Source of the DNA: an uncultured delta proteobacterium
Lineage (GTDB): Bacteria > Desulfobacterota > Zymogenia > Zymogenales > Zymogenaceae
NCBI GenBank assembly: GCA_963735595.1
Contig: CAVTLK010000001.1
Span: 1 to 64,000 of the forward strand
DNA length: 64,000 nt
Reading direction: 5' to 3'
Both the position numbers and the translations under genes were made by a program. The notes beneath the pieces are model-generated. The model did not search any database. It was given only the letters and a program-made list of their open reading frames with translations, and was not told the origin of the DNA. Within the stretch, counting starts at the first letter, position 1, and every line of letters starts with the position of its first letter. Of the stretch, positions 52,934-64,000 are shown piece after piece.

Positions 52934-55053
52934 GAGAAGGGTGGGAAGCCAACGCTTCGATGAGGAAGGGCGCAACGATTGATCTGGGTCGAGCGCGCAA
53001 GTCAATAACCTTCGGGGTGGTGTCGGCGGGTTTCCTGACCCTGATCCTGACGGGAAGCCTCTCTATCGTTGAAATCGCGCTGATCCTTGTATCTATTCCG
53101 GCGGCCTGGTTCTGGGGTGGGCGGATCGCCGCGATACCGCGCGCCGATATGGCGGCCACGGCGGCGATTATCCTGATACTTTTCCTGGCGGTAATCGGGT
53201 TCTTTTTCTTTGACCGTTCGTTCGTGGCAATGACCACGGGTTTTCTCATTACCGTTCAGGCGGTGCGACTGCTCTTCTTAACCGAGATGCGCCACTATCT
53301 TCAGGTCTACCTGATTTCTCTTTTCTCGGTACTGGCCGCGACTGTTCTAACTTTCTCACCGATTTTCATCGTGACGTTCATTGTATATCTCTCCCTTGCG
53401 ACGGCGGGCATGATTATCCTGACGATGTCCGGAGATATACAGCGGGCCAGGGGGACTACCGGCCGCATCGGGCTCTCGTATTCTAACCTGACCTGGCTGA
53501 CGGCCGGTTCCGTCGGATTTACCGTCGGCATGTCCATTATTATCTTCATCCTTTTCCCGCGTCTTTCAGCGGGTTTTCTCCCCTCCTCAATCGCGCAGCC
53601 GGTCAGGGTCCCCGGATTCTCTAATAACGTTGAGCTTGGTGAAGTAGGGGATCTCAAAATAACCGGTGAAACGATCATGCGGGTCGTTATCGATGAGAAG
53701 GACGCCCGGGTCCTCGGTCCGAACGTATATTGGCGGGGAACCGCGTTTGACACGTTCGACGGTAAATACTGGGAAAAGTCGGACGCCAAGGGTCAAAGCA
53801 TACGTAAGGCGGGCGGCCGGTTCGTTCTCGATTCCAAATCCGTCGGCGCCGTCATTCACCAGGAATACTATCTTGAGTCAACCGACAACAGGGTGCTCTT
53901 CGTATTGGTGCGGCCGTCGGTTATTACGGGTCCGTTTTCGAACCTCTCGGTCGATCGGTACGGGACGGTGGAGATGTCTTCAGCCACAAACGACAAGACC
54001 CATTATGCAGTCGATTCGGTAGTGGATTCCCTATCGACGGGCAGACCGGCGGGCGGGCTAAATTCGCTCACCGAGAACGAACGGGCCGCGTACAGACAGC
54101 TCCCGGACAATCTCGATCCACGGATAGAGGCCCTCGTGTCTAAGATCGTCGGTGAGGAAGCGTCTCCCCTCGTGAAGGCCGCACTTGTCCGGGACTGGTT
54201 ATTGACCACTATGTCTTACGACCTTAATCCGAAGGGCATCGGGAAGGATCCGCTGTCTGTATTCCTATTTGAAGAAGAGCGGGGATACTGCGAGCATTTC
54301 TCTACCGCCATGGTCGTGATGCTGCGGGCGACCGGCGTTCCTTCCCGGATCGTGACGGGATTCCTGGCCGGCAGCTTCAATGAAATCGGTTCCTTTTACA
54401 TCGTTCATGCCAGCGATGCCCACGCTTGGGTGGAGGTATACGACGAGGCCGCGGGCTGGGTCTCCTTCGAGCCGACCCCCCCCGCGGGGCTTTCGGTCCC
54501 CGTCGGCGGATCGATAATTCGCCAGGTATTCGATAACCTTGTGATGATGTGGAACGTATACGTAGTCAATTACGAGATGGGAGACCAGATCAAAATCATC
54601 GAGGGGGCCAGAGATGCCCGCGAAAAGGGATTGAAGGATATCTCGAAAACGCGCGGAGATGTCAGGCGGTTGTTTGCTGATGTCCGGGAACGTAAGGGGG
54701 CTTATTTTATCCCTGCGGCGGCCGCCGCCTCGGTGTTCTGCCTCGTACTTGTCATATATATCGTCAGGATATTAGTCATCGGCCGTATCTTTGCCGCTGC
54801 AAAGGGAGGGGAGGTCGGCCGTATCTATCGGTCTGCGTTGAACTTCCTTTCGAAAAAGGGCGTGCACCGGCATGGGGGGACGACTCCGCGCGAGTTCTCG
54901 AAAATTGCCGCCGATCGTTATCCCGACATCGGCGCCGATATAGAAGACCTGACCGAGATCTACTATCGCCGAAGGTTCGGACACGAGCCGGAAGCCGAGC
55001 AAGGCGTGGAATCGGCCCGGCGGCTGCTGGAGCGAATCAAACGCGCCCTGTGA
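52930..55053 (+). CDS. TgpA-like membrane transglutaminase (DUF3488, TGase and DUF4129-like domains)
   Basis: N-terminal TM bundle; YWRG.AFD.FDG; GYCEHFSTAM, PSRIVTGF, AHAWVEVY, FEPTP. Confidence 0.9.
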   Translation: MREGWEANASMRKGATIDLGRARKSITFGVVSAGFLTLILTGSLSIVEIALILVSIPAAWFWGGRIAAIPRADMAATAAIILILFLAVIGFFFFDRSFVAMTTGFLITVQAVRLLFLTEMRHYLQVYLISLFSVLAATVLTFSPIFIVTFIVYLSLATAGMIILTMSGDIQRARGTTGRIGLSYSNLTWLTAGSVGFTVGMSIIIFILFPRLSAGFLPSSIAQPVRVPGFSNNVELGEVGDLKITGETIMRVVIDEKDARVLGPNVYWRGTAFDTFDGKYWEKSDAKGQSIRKAGGRFVLDSKSVGAVIHQEYYLESTDNRVLFVLVRPSVITGPFSNLSVDRYGTVEMSSATNDKTHYAVDSVVDSLSTGRPAGGLNSLTENERAAYRQLPDNLDPRIEALVSKIVGEEASPLVKAALVRDWLLTTMSYDLNPKGIGKDPLSVFLFEEERGYCEHFSTAMVVMLRATGVPSRIVTGFLAGSFNEIGSFYIVHASDAHAWVEVYDEAAGWVSFEPTPPAGLSVPVGGSIIRQVFDNLVMMWNVYVVNYEMGDQIKIIEGARDAREKGLKDISKTRGDVRRLFADVRERKGAYFIPAAAAASVFCLVLVIYIVRILVIGRIFAAAKGGEVGRIYRSALNFLSKKGVHRHGGTTPREFSKIAADRYPDIGADIEDLTEIYYRRRFGHEPEAEQGVESARRLLERIKRAL

Positions 55054-55328
55054 CGGTATCAAATAATCACCCGCCCCGCGTAGTATACCGATGCCGTCAA
55101 TAGATGCCGCGCCGGTCTATCACAAGCGGACGGTCGGATAGATTTACCTGAGAAGCCGGACGAAAATGACGGCCAGAACGCGTACGGCCGATGTTATTTT
55201 ATCGGAGTCTCGCCGTACGGCTTGCCGCTGCGGGCGCTCGGACGAAGTGCAATAAGAAATTATTTGAAATAGCGAACCATTGATGATACAAAGGTTCCAT
55301 CAGTCGGTCCTATACCGGGGGGTGCAGT

Positions 55329-56096
55329 ATGGATAAGGATCTCTTCTCACTCAAGGGAAAGCGGGCGTTGGTTACCGGCGGGAGCCGGGGCATCGGGTTG
55401 GAAATCGCCAAAGGATTGGCCGCGGCAGGAGCGGCGCATATCATCATTTGCGGCAGAAAACAGGAGGCGCTATCGGTGGCCGGGGAAGCTATCGAGAAAG
55501 CGGGCGCCGCGGTTACAGCGGTCACTACTAACGTCGGCAATCCGTCCGACGTCGATAGCCTGTTTGACCGGATTGTCGCGGATGTCGGAGGCCTGGATAT
55601 CGTCGTCAACAACGTGGGGATGAATATCTTCACCCCGAGCGTTGCAGACGCCGATATCACACTCTGGGATAAGGTCATGGACGTAAACCTGAAGGCCGTA
55701 TTCCTGACGAGCCGCCGTGCAGTGCCGCTGATGAAAGAGGCGGGCGGCGGTGCCATTATCAATATCAGCACCGTTGCGGCGCGCAAGGCGACGCCGGGCC
55801 TGGGTATCTACGGGATAGCAAAGGCGGGCGTCGAGATGCTCACCAAAGCCCTCGCGGCGGAATTGGCCTTGTATAACATCCGGGTCAACGCGATAGCGCT
55901 CGCCATGGTAAAGACGAAATTTTCCGAGCCCCTCTGGTCGAACGCCGACCTCAGAAAACAAATCGAGCTGACCAACCCGATGCACCGTATCGCGGAGCCG
56001 GAGGAAGTAGTGGGCACCGTCCTCTACCTGGCCTCGGGGGCGTCCAGCTTTATGACGGGATCTATCCTTATGCTGGATGGAGGGACAACGGCATAA
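55329..56096 (+). CDS. SDR family oxidoreductase (DHRS4-like)
   Basis: TGGSRGIG, NNVG, YGIAK, LDGG. Confidence 0.92.
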   Translation: MDKDLFSLKGKRALVTGGSRGIGLEIAKGLAAAGAAHIIICGRKQEALSVAGEAIEKAGAAVTAVTTNVGNPSDVDSLFDRIVADVGGLDIVVNNVGMNIFTPSVADADITLWDKVMDVNLKAVFLTSRRAVPLMKEAGGGAIINISTVAARKATPGLGIYGIAKAGVEMLTKALAAELALYNIRVNAIALAMVKTKFSEPLWSNADLRKQIELTNPMHRIAEPEEVVGTVLYLASGASSFMTGSILMLDGGTTA

Positions 56097-56124
56097 TGGG
56101 AGATCGGAAGGGGAAGATTGTACA

Positions 56125-56862
56125 ATGATAATCGAGGAGATGACGACGATCGGGTTTTCCGAGGGGCTCAAGAAAACAAAGACCGTAATCGTTCCCCTGG
56201 GCTCGATCGAACAACACGGCCCGCATCTTCCGATGCACACCGATATCTTCCACGCCTGCGAAATCGCGCGGCGCGCATCCGGAATGGTTCCCGTCTTTGT
56301 CGCCCCGCCGGTCAATTTCGGGGTTTGCCGCAGCACCGCGGATTTTCCCGGCACCATCGGTATTCGCGCGGGAACGCTCATATCACTGGTGGTCGATATT
56401 ATCGAATCGCTCTATCGGCACGGCATGAGGCAATTCATCCTCTACTCCGGGCACGCCGGCGCAAACCATATGGCGGCGCTCCTCGATGCGGCCGATGAAT
56501 TGATGCCTGCCTACGAGGACACGGATTTCGCGGTAATACATGACCTGGATTTGTGTGATCCGGAGCTCTTTAAACTCCTTGAGGCAGGAAACGATTCTCA
56601 TGCGGGCGAATTCGAAACCTCCCTGATTATGGCGCTTGCTCCGGGCCTTGTGGGTAAACTCCCGCCGGCCGACCGGCCCCTTTTCCCGCGTCCCCATCTC
56701 GTACGCGACACCAGACTATACTGGAAAAGCGGTGTATGGGGAGACCCGACCAAGGCGTCCAGGGAAAAAGGAGAGCAAATGGTCGCAATTTTATCGCGAA
56801 ATCTCGCAAAATTGGCCGAAAGCATGAATAAAAAAGAGAAAAAGGGGGCGAAAACGACTTAG
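56125..56862 (+). CDS. Creatininase family amidohydrolase
   Basis: GSIEQHGPHLP..TD, GHAG.N, HAGEFETS, SGVWGDP. Confidence 0.9.
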   Translation: MIIEEMTTIGFSEGLKKTKTVIVPLGSIEQHGPHLPMHTDIFHACEIARRASGMVPVFVAPPVNFGVCRSTADFPGTIGIRAGTLISLVVDIIESLYRHGMRQFILYSGHAGANHMAALLDAADELMPAYEDTDFAVIHDLDLCDPELFKLLEAGNDSHAGEFETSLIMALAPGLVGKLPPADRPLFPRPHLVRDTRLYWKSGVWGDPTKASREKGEQMVAILSRNLAKLAESMNKKEKKGAKTT

Positions 56863-56909
56863 GAGTGATTCTCTCCTGACAGAAAATATCAGAAATCGAG
56901 AGATTAGTA

Positions 56910-56938
56910 TTGACATTGCTTAATTTTATTGATATTTT
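56910..56938 (+). promoter_or_regulatory. Putative sigma70 promoter
   Basis: TTGACA, 17 bp spacer, TG-n-TATTTT. Confidence 0.55.
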
Positions 56939-57022
56939 GCGGCTTTGAGAAGGTATAGATGGTCTAATCTTTATCGTAAATAAAGATTACAGGCAAGAAA
57001 CCAATCGTAAGGAGATTATTGT

Positions 57023-57823
57023 ATGAACAGGAAAGTTTTTGCTCTTTTGCTCGTCGTCGCCATGACCGCAGGGGCGTTCCTCGCGGTTCAGGCCTGCAAG
57101 CCCGGCGGGGAGACGATGACTCCGACGGCCGTCGGCGAAATCCTCAAGCTGAATATCGCAACCGATGCGGCCTATCCGCCCTTTGAATTTGTCGATACCA
57201 AAACCAGCGAGATCGTCGGTTTCGATATCGACCTGATGAAAGAAATCGCCAAGGCAGGCGGGTTTGAAGTCGAATTCGTCAACACCCCCTGGGACGGCAT
57301 TTTCGTCGGCCTGGATAACGATAATTATGACGCGGTTATCTCCGCGGTCAGCATCACCGACGAGCGCAAGATTACCTACGATTTCTCGGACCCGTACTAC
57401 TCGATCTTTCAGGCCCTCATCGTCCGCAAGGCCGATGCCGAGATGTTCAAGAGCCTGGCCGATCTGAAGGGCAAGAAAGTCGGCGCCCAGATCGGGACGA
57501 CCGGCGCTATCTTCGTAGGTAAAGACCCCAATGTGAAGCTTGTAAACTACGACGACAACGGCCTGGCCATCGAAGCCCTCCTCAAGGGCGATGTGGACGC
57601 AGTTGTGTGCGATCACCCGGTTGCGTTTGATTACGCCCTCGTGAATCCGTCATACGGCGAAAAGCTGGTTGTGTCCAACCCGAAGATCACCGATACGCCG
57701 GAGCCTTACGGTATCTGCATCAAGAAGGGCAATGCCAAGGTTATTGAGCTGGTCAACACCGGCCTGAAGAATCTTCCGGCCGACGTTATCCCCGCCCTCG
57801 AAGCTAAGTGGAAAATGAAGTAA
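57023..57823 (+). CDS. Polar/basic amino-acid ABC transporter substrate-binding lipoprotein
   Basis: VQAC lipobox, ATDAAYPPFE, GFDIDL, WDGI, GAQIGTTG. Confidence 0.93.
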   Translation: MNRKVFALLLVVAMTAGAFLAVQACKPGGETMTPTAVGEILKLNIATDAAYPPFEFVDTKTSEIVGFDIDLMKEIAKAGGFEVEFVNTPWDGIFVGLDNDNYDAVISAVSITDERKITYDFSDPYYSIFQALIVRKADAEMFKSLADLKGKKVGAQIGTTGAIFVGKDPNVKLVNYDDNGLAIEALLKGDVDAVVCDHPVAFDYALVNPSYGEKLVVSNPKITDTPEPYGICIKKGNAKVIELVNTGLKNLPADVIPALEAKWKMK

Positions 57824-57841
57824 CATCCTCAGTATGACTAT

Positions 57842-57869
57842 GGCGGGGCTAACAGCCCCGCCTCTTTTT
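57842..57869 (+). terminator. Intercistronic hairpin/terminator after the substrate-binding gene
   Basis: GGCGGGGCT-aac-AGCCCCGCC-tcttttt. Confidence 0.75.
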
Positions 57870-57889
57870 ATTTCAATCCGGAATATATC

Positions 57890-59687
57890 ATGACTGCAAT
57901 CAGCCTTATTGCGATATCCTTTTTCGTCTTCTGGCTCTGGCTTCTGATGGATTTTATCAACCAGCAGGGAGTCGAGAAAATCCGGAAGGAACGGCTCATA
58001 ACCTTCCATACCTTCCTGGGTCTCATCGGGATAGCCTTCTACTTCTTCTTAATGATCTCGGCCTTTGCCTCTTCTTCGATCGTATATTTTGACAAGATAT
58101 CCGAGGGGACATTCCGGGTAGTCACCACCCAGCTCAGGCCGGCCCTGGTGGCGGGATTCATAATTATCCTCCTGTTCCCGATCGTCGCTGCGGCCAATCT
58201 CCTCATGAAGAAGATGTATGACGCCAAGAAATATCTGAAGATAGTCAACATTTTCGAGGGATTGGCTATTGTCGTGGTGTTTATCTACATTCTTGCCGTT
58301 GGCTCCACTCTTGGAGACATAAACGAAAGAGGCCCGTATCCGTACCTGGTATCCGATATCGTTCACGGTAAGGCGGAGTATTTCGGTTTTGATTTCGGTA
58401 TATATACCCTGAGCTTTACGTTCTCGGTCGTCTTTTTCCTCCTTATTACGACGATAGTTATTTGGCTGTTTGCGGCCGCGCACTATTTGTTCTTTATAAA
58501 AGTACCCCTGAAGCGCAGGGAAATCGTCATGCTCAATACCGAGGAGATCAAAAAAATCTCCGAAATGGCGAAGATCTATAAAAATGCGCTTTATTTACTT
58601 CTTGTGTTTGCGCTTATACTTTTCAGAAACGTTTGGGATTGGCTCTCGGGCTGGCGTATCGGGCACTTCTTTGCCAGGGCAAGCGAGTATATTTCGGGAT
58701 TCGATGCGACTCAACTCGAGAATATCATTACGAACGAGTTGACGGTTATCGGCATTCGGTCGAAATTCGGCGTCTGGCTCTATAAATTCTTTACCGGGGC
58801 ATTTGCCGGCAATGTCGAGGGGATTATCTCTCCGAGTTTCGTGATTGCCTGTATTCTCATTTCTTTCGCAATTATCGTGTTTATTCTTCTCCGGAGGGTG
58901 AACAAGGAGCTTGAGAATATCCAGGTAACTCACGAGGTTAAGATGGATGCGTTCAAGTATTCCATCTACATGGACACATTCAACGCCTGGAGGATCTCGC
59001 TGTTTGCGGGAGTTGCCACCATACTGATTCTCCTCTATTTCTACCAGACGCCCTATTATGCATGCTTCAAGTTCCTTCCGTCCGGCATCGTGGTGACGTT
59101 CGAGGTTACGATAGCGGCCATGCTCATCGCCCTCGTCCTGGGGATGCTGGCGGGTCTGGGAAAACTCTCGAAAAACGTCCTGATAAAAGGGATTGCCTCG
59201 GTATACATTGAGGTCGTCAGAGGGGTACCGCTGCTCGTCCAGCTCTTCTATATCCATTACGGTCTGGGGAGCATTCTCAACCTCCCTCCGCTGGTATCGG
59301 CCATCTCCGCTATGTCCTGGTGTTATGGCGCGTACCTGGGTGAGACCTTCAGGGCCGGCATTCAGTCGATATCGAAGGGGCAGATGGAGGCCGCCAAGTC
59401 CCTGGGAATGACCAATTACCAGACGATGCGGCAGGTCATTATTCCTCAGGCGGTCAAGGTAATACTGCCGCCGGTCGGTAACGACTTTCATCGCGCTGCT
59501 CAAGGATTCGTCATTGGTCTCGATTATCGCGGTGGCCGACCTGCTGCGGAGGGGTCGGGAGTTCGTCGCGGTTTACTTTACCGCGTTCCAGACCTATACG
59601 CTGGTGGCGCTTATTTACCTGGTGATTACCCTGATCCTCTCCAAGGTCGTGTGGAACATGGAAAAGATCATGTCAACGGATGATTAA
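57890..59687 (+). CDS. Amino-acid ABC transporter permease (HisM/GlnP type) with ~390-aa N-terminal membrane extension; frameshift ~59485
   Basis: YIEVVRGVPLLVQL, AYLGETFRAGIQSI..GQMEAAKSLGM, PQA...LPP, then ALLKDSSL in the next frame. Confidence 0.85.
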
Positions 59688-59711
59688 CCATAGAAAGTGT
59701 GAGGAACGATT

Positions 59712-60446
59712 GTGGCAGAACCGATTATTTCAGTAAAGAACGTATATAAGAATTTCGGCCATATCCGGGCGCTTCAGGACGTTAGCTACCGATATATTAT
59801 CCCGGCGAGGTTGTCGTTGCGTGCGGACCGTCCGGTTCGGGGAAATCGACGTTCCTGCGCTGCATTAATCGCCTGGAAGAGATCGACCGGGGACGATCAT
59901 TGTCGACGGAATGGATATCTGTGATCCTCACATAAAGATACACAAGATTCGGGAAGAGATCGGGATGGTGTTTCAGCACTTTAATCTCTTCCCGAATAAG
60001 AATGTGTTCGAAAATATTACACTCGCTCAGCTGGTAGTGCGAAAGAGGACGTTTGAGGAATCGTTTGGATAGCAAATAAGTTGCTCGAAAAGGTCGGAAT
60101 CTTCGATAAGGCCGCGGTGTATCCCAGCAAGCTGTCCGGCGGTCAGCAGCAGCGGGTGGCAATCGCCCGGGCGCTGGCGATGCAGCCGAAGATTATGCTC
60201 TTTGATGAGCCGACCTCGGCGCTCGATCCGGAGATGATCGGCGAAGTGCTTGACGTCATGAAGTCGCTTGCCCGGGAAGGGATGACAATGGTCGTCGTGA
60301 CCCACGAAATGGGTTTTGCCCGGGAGGTGGGGGACCGTGTCATCTTCATGGACGAGGGCAGGATCGTGGAGGAAGGAAATCCCGACGATTTCTTCACCAA
60401 TCCGAAGACCGACCGGGCGAAGCTGTTCCTCAGCCAGATACTCTAA
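59712..60446 (+). CDS. Amino-acid ABC transporter ATP-binding protein (apparent frameshifts)
   Basis: [45 protein letters not shown]. Confidence 0.92.
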
Positions 60447-60708
60447 GTCTGGGACATAAAACCCGACCGCGCATGCGGTAACGGACGCAAGAAGACGGGC
60501 GACCCGGTGGGATCAAGGGGCAAAAGAAGTTCTGCGGCGTGCCGGAGAAAGCGAATAGTACGGAAAGAGAACGGCGATCATCCGGCGGCGCGTCGGCGAA
60601 AATAACGGGGACCGGTAAGCTCGACGCATGACGCGAATCCTGTATAGCACCCCAGAAGCCGTTTCGGCAATCTCAATTCTTACGAAATCGCAACAACAGG
60701 GTATTGAA

Positions 60709-61559
60709 ATGTATCGATCGATTGTCGTATGGTCGTCCGTCGTCCTGATGTGCTGTATTCCGACCGCATGCGGTAAAGAAAAACAACACGAACACCGATG
60801 TGTCACCCGAGGTCATAGCGGCGGGTTCGGACCTTTCAGCGATTATCGGGCGCGGAAAGCTGATGGTGGGTATGGACGTAATCGGACATTCGCTATCAGC
60901 CCTTTGAGATGAAGGATAAGAACGGTCAGATAATCGGATTTGACGTTGACCTCGCTCAAATGATGGCCGATGAACTGGGTGTTAATCTCGAGATCGTTCC
61001 AACAAACTGGGACGGCATTATCCCCGCGCTTATAGACGGGAAGTTCGATCTCATTATCTCGGGCATGGCGATAAGCACCGAGCGTAACAAGGCAATCAAT
61101 TTTTCAACGCCTTACTTCCTCTCGGGTAAATGCCTCCTTATTAACAGGCGAGACTATTTTCGTATTAAGGATTACCATGATCTCAACCGTAACGGGACGG
61201 TGGTGGTCACGACATTCTCCGACGACATGGTTCTTAAACGCTATTTCCCTGAGACGGACATCGTCCGATTCAAGAGCGACGAAGAAGCCGTGCGTGAGGT
61301 AATCGAAGGAAGGGCGGACGCGTTTATTGCGGATAGGGCGCGGGTCTCTATTTTCGCGGCAAAATACCCTGGGACCACTGCAGCCATCGAGGATCCGTTT
61401 ACCTATGAGCCGATGGCCATCGGGATGCGCAAGGGAGACGTTGACCTCCTTAACTGGGTAAATAATTGCATCGAAATTATGAAGGGCGACGGGAGGCTGC
61501 CGGCGCTCGAAAAGAAGTGGATGGAGCAGTACCTTCCTCCTTCACCGGAAAATGGCTAA
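60709..61559 (+). CDS. Second amino-acid ABC substrate-binding lipoprotein (apparent frameshifts near the N-terminus)
   Basis: PTAC lipobox; GFDVDLA, NWDGIIPAL..GKFD, YEPMAI. Confidence 0.82.
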
Positions 61560-61667
61560 CGCATCCCGGTAGACCATATCACCGCGATAATCGGTTGCTT
61601 CCACAATAGAGATGGAACGCCTGCCGACGGTTACGTGTCAGACTAAACGATAGGGAGCGGATTCCGT

Positions 61668-62087
61668 ATGAGACTACTGGCGCTTGACGTGGGGGAAAGG
61701 CGGATCGGACTTGCGGTGAGTGACCCTCTCGAGATGATAGCACAGCCCTTGGGTACGATACCGCGGAACGCGGCGTCTGTTGAGGCTATCGCTCGGATCG
61801 TCAGAGAAAAAGAAGTCGGCGAAATCGTCGTCGGGCTTCCGGTCAATATGAACGGTACCTTTGGCCCCCAGGCGGATGAGGTCAATGAATTCGCCCACGA
61901 AATAACCGCTGCAATCGACATCCCGTTGGTCTTCATCGACGAGCGCCTTACTACCGTAGAGGCGGAAAAATTGATGATTTCGGCGGATGTGTCCAGACAC
62001 AAGAGGAAAGGGACTATCGATAGTGTCGCCGCGGCCATAATCCTTGAAAAGCGCCTGCGAGACAGAAAAGACCGGCCGGGCGCGTAG
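61668..62087 (+). CDS. ruvX: RuvX/YqgF pre-16S rRNA nuclease
   Basis: LALDVGERRIGLAVSD, VVGLP, DERLTT, DSVAAAIIL. Confidence 0.95.
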   Translation: MRLLALDVGERRIGLAVSDPLEMIAQPLGTIPRNAASVEAIARIVREKEVGEIVVGLPVNMNGTFGPQADEVNEFAHEITAAIDIPLVFIDERLTTVEAEKLMISADVSRHKRKGTIDSVAAAIILEKRLRDRKDRPGA

Positions 62088-62131
62088 CGGCTGCCGGCCT
62101 CGACGGGCGTGTCAGACCCTGCAGTAATGAT

Positions 62132-63158
62132 ATGAGACGTATAAAGAAAATTGTCGTTGTCGCCCTATTACTGGTTGTCGTTGCGGTGATCGGTACGGGA
62201 TTCTTCGTCTACCGGACGTTTCTCATGCCTGCGGGGAAGCTCACAGAGCCGACCGTTGTGGTGGTCGGGGAGGGTGATACGCTTTCCGAGACCGCACACG
62301 AGTTGGAAAAGAAGGGGGCAATCCTAAATGAGCGGCTGTTCGTTACGGCGGCCCGCTATCTTGGCGTCGATAGAATGATACGTGTCGGCGAATACAAAAT
62401 CGAACCGACGATGTCCCCGAAAGATATACTGGTAATGCTGCTTAAGGGACACGTGGTGGAATATCCCGTTACCGTGCCGGAGGGGCTCAACATCTACCAG
62501 GTTGGAGACCTCCTGGCCGAGAAGGGATTTGGCGAGCGGGACGAATTTATGACGACTCTCTCAAGATAGGGAATTCATCGGTCGCATTAGGTCTGGAGGC
62601 GTAACGCTGGAAGGATATCTCTTCCCTGATACGTACCGCGTTACGAAAGGGATGCACGAGCCGGAGATTATTACGTTGATGGTCAATCGATTTACAGAAG
62701 TCTTCGGTGAAGAAAAGAAAAAGGAAAAATCAAAGGCCGGCGATGCCCTGACGGATTATGAGCGGTTGATCCTTGCCTCGATCATTGAAAAGGAGACGGG
62801 CGCCCCCGAGGAACGCCCCCTCGTTTCAGCCGTCTTCACGAACCGTCTTGAGAAGGGAATGAAGCTTGACAGTTGTGCGACCGTTATCTATGGAATATGG
62901 GACCGGTTTGACGGTAACCTGACGGAACGGGATCTCTCGACATGGACGAGCTATAACACGTATATGAATCCGGGATTTCCTCCCGGGCCTATATGCAATC
63001 CCGGGAGGGCGTCGATAGCGGCAGCCATAACCCCGGCTGACGCCGACTATCTCTTTTTCGTGTCGAAAAATGACGGCACTTCTCACTTCTCGAGCACACT
63101 ATCCGAACACAACCGGGCCGTCTACGAGTATCAAATATTGAAAAAAAACCGGAAGTAG
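62132..63158 (+). CDS. mltG: Endolytic transglycosylase MltG (frameshifts ~62560-62600)
   Basis: TVPEG, LEGYLFPDTY, LASIIEKE, YNTY...PPGPICNPG, YLFFVS. Confidence 0.92.
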
Positions 63159-63462
63159 CCGCCGTCCCTCGGAGTCCCAGCCGTTCTATTTCCTTTTCGT
63201 ACACCGGCCAGGTGTCCCGATATACCGCCCGGCTTCCCGCCCGGACCTGTCTGTCGCCGAACACTGAATGGAGGTTGAGCCGCCGGACAGCGGGGAAGCT
63301 AAGCGTACGCCACGACGGTGCCGTTTGGCCAATCCCGCGTAATTCCTCATCCGCTCAAGCCCCGTTTCTATCTCCGGTTAGATAAGGCCGGCAATGACGT
63401 GCCTGATGGATCGGCAGAATACCATTCATCGCGTCCGGCTGTAAGTTAGGCGTATAAAATTA

Positions 63463-63491
63463 TTGACTATTTCGAGGCGGGGTGGTACTAT
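63463..63491 (+). promoter_or_regulatory. Putative sigma70 promoter of serS
   Basis: TTGACT, 17 bp spacer, TG-n-TACTAT. Confidence 0.65.
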
Positions 63492-63527
63492 TTATAAGTT
63501 TTATGTATTTGGAAGTATAAACAAGAC

Positions 63528-64000
<473 letters not shown>

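Noticed and set aside
63228..63255. Minus-strand CAGGTCC-GGGCG-GGAAGCCG, resembling SRP RNA helix 8
   Set aside because: No GNRA tetraloop, AGCAG not matched, and no flanking long stem
63160..63527. Possible T-box or riboswitch leader before serS
   Set aside because: No T-box motif seen, and a good promoter lies only ~36 bp before the start codon

Overview
A 64 kb stretch of a GC-rich bacterial chromosome. Gene content points to a Desulfobacterota/deltaproteobacterial anaerobe: CIRCE-controlled rpoH, siroheme-type Ahb heme genes, romR next to valS, and an MglA-family GTPase. Most of the window is housekeeping: rpoH, dusB, gmhA, sirC-hemA-hemC-cobA/hemD-ahbC, mnmG, ccdA, hisB, xseA-xseB-ispA-dxs-tlyA, tsaD, rsmA, valS, nadC-birA-coaX, an EF-G paralog, a MoxR-DUF58-transglutaminase triad, an amino-acid ABC transporter, ruvX-mltG and serS. 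I found no tRNA, rRNA, CRISPR array or transposase. Single-base frameshifts cluster at about 0.85-1.05 kb and beyond about 38.5 kb, and they hit essential genes, so they are most likely long-read errors. Best leads: (1) a coupled SPOR lipoprotein / helical-repeat protein / MglB-less MglA-like GTPase module, near a cheW-cheW-romR unit bracketed by a repeated 12-bp palindrome; (2) a patatin phospholipase directly upstream of a DacZ-type diadenylate cyclase; (3) a catalytically dead NtrC-like protein with a Fis-like tail in the dusB-fis position; (4) an amino-acid ABC permease with about 390 extra membrane-rich residues; (5) a deoxyhypusine-synthase-like gene coupled to gmhA; (6) an apparent ATC start codon on ispA. 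All family calls come from motif recognition by eye, not from database searches.
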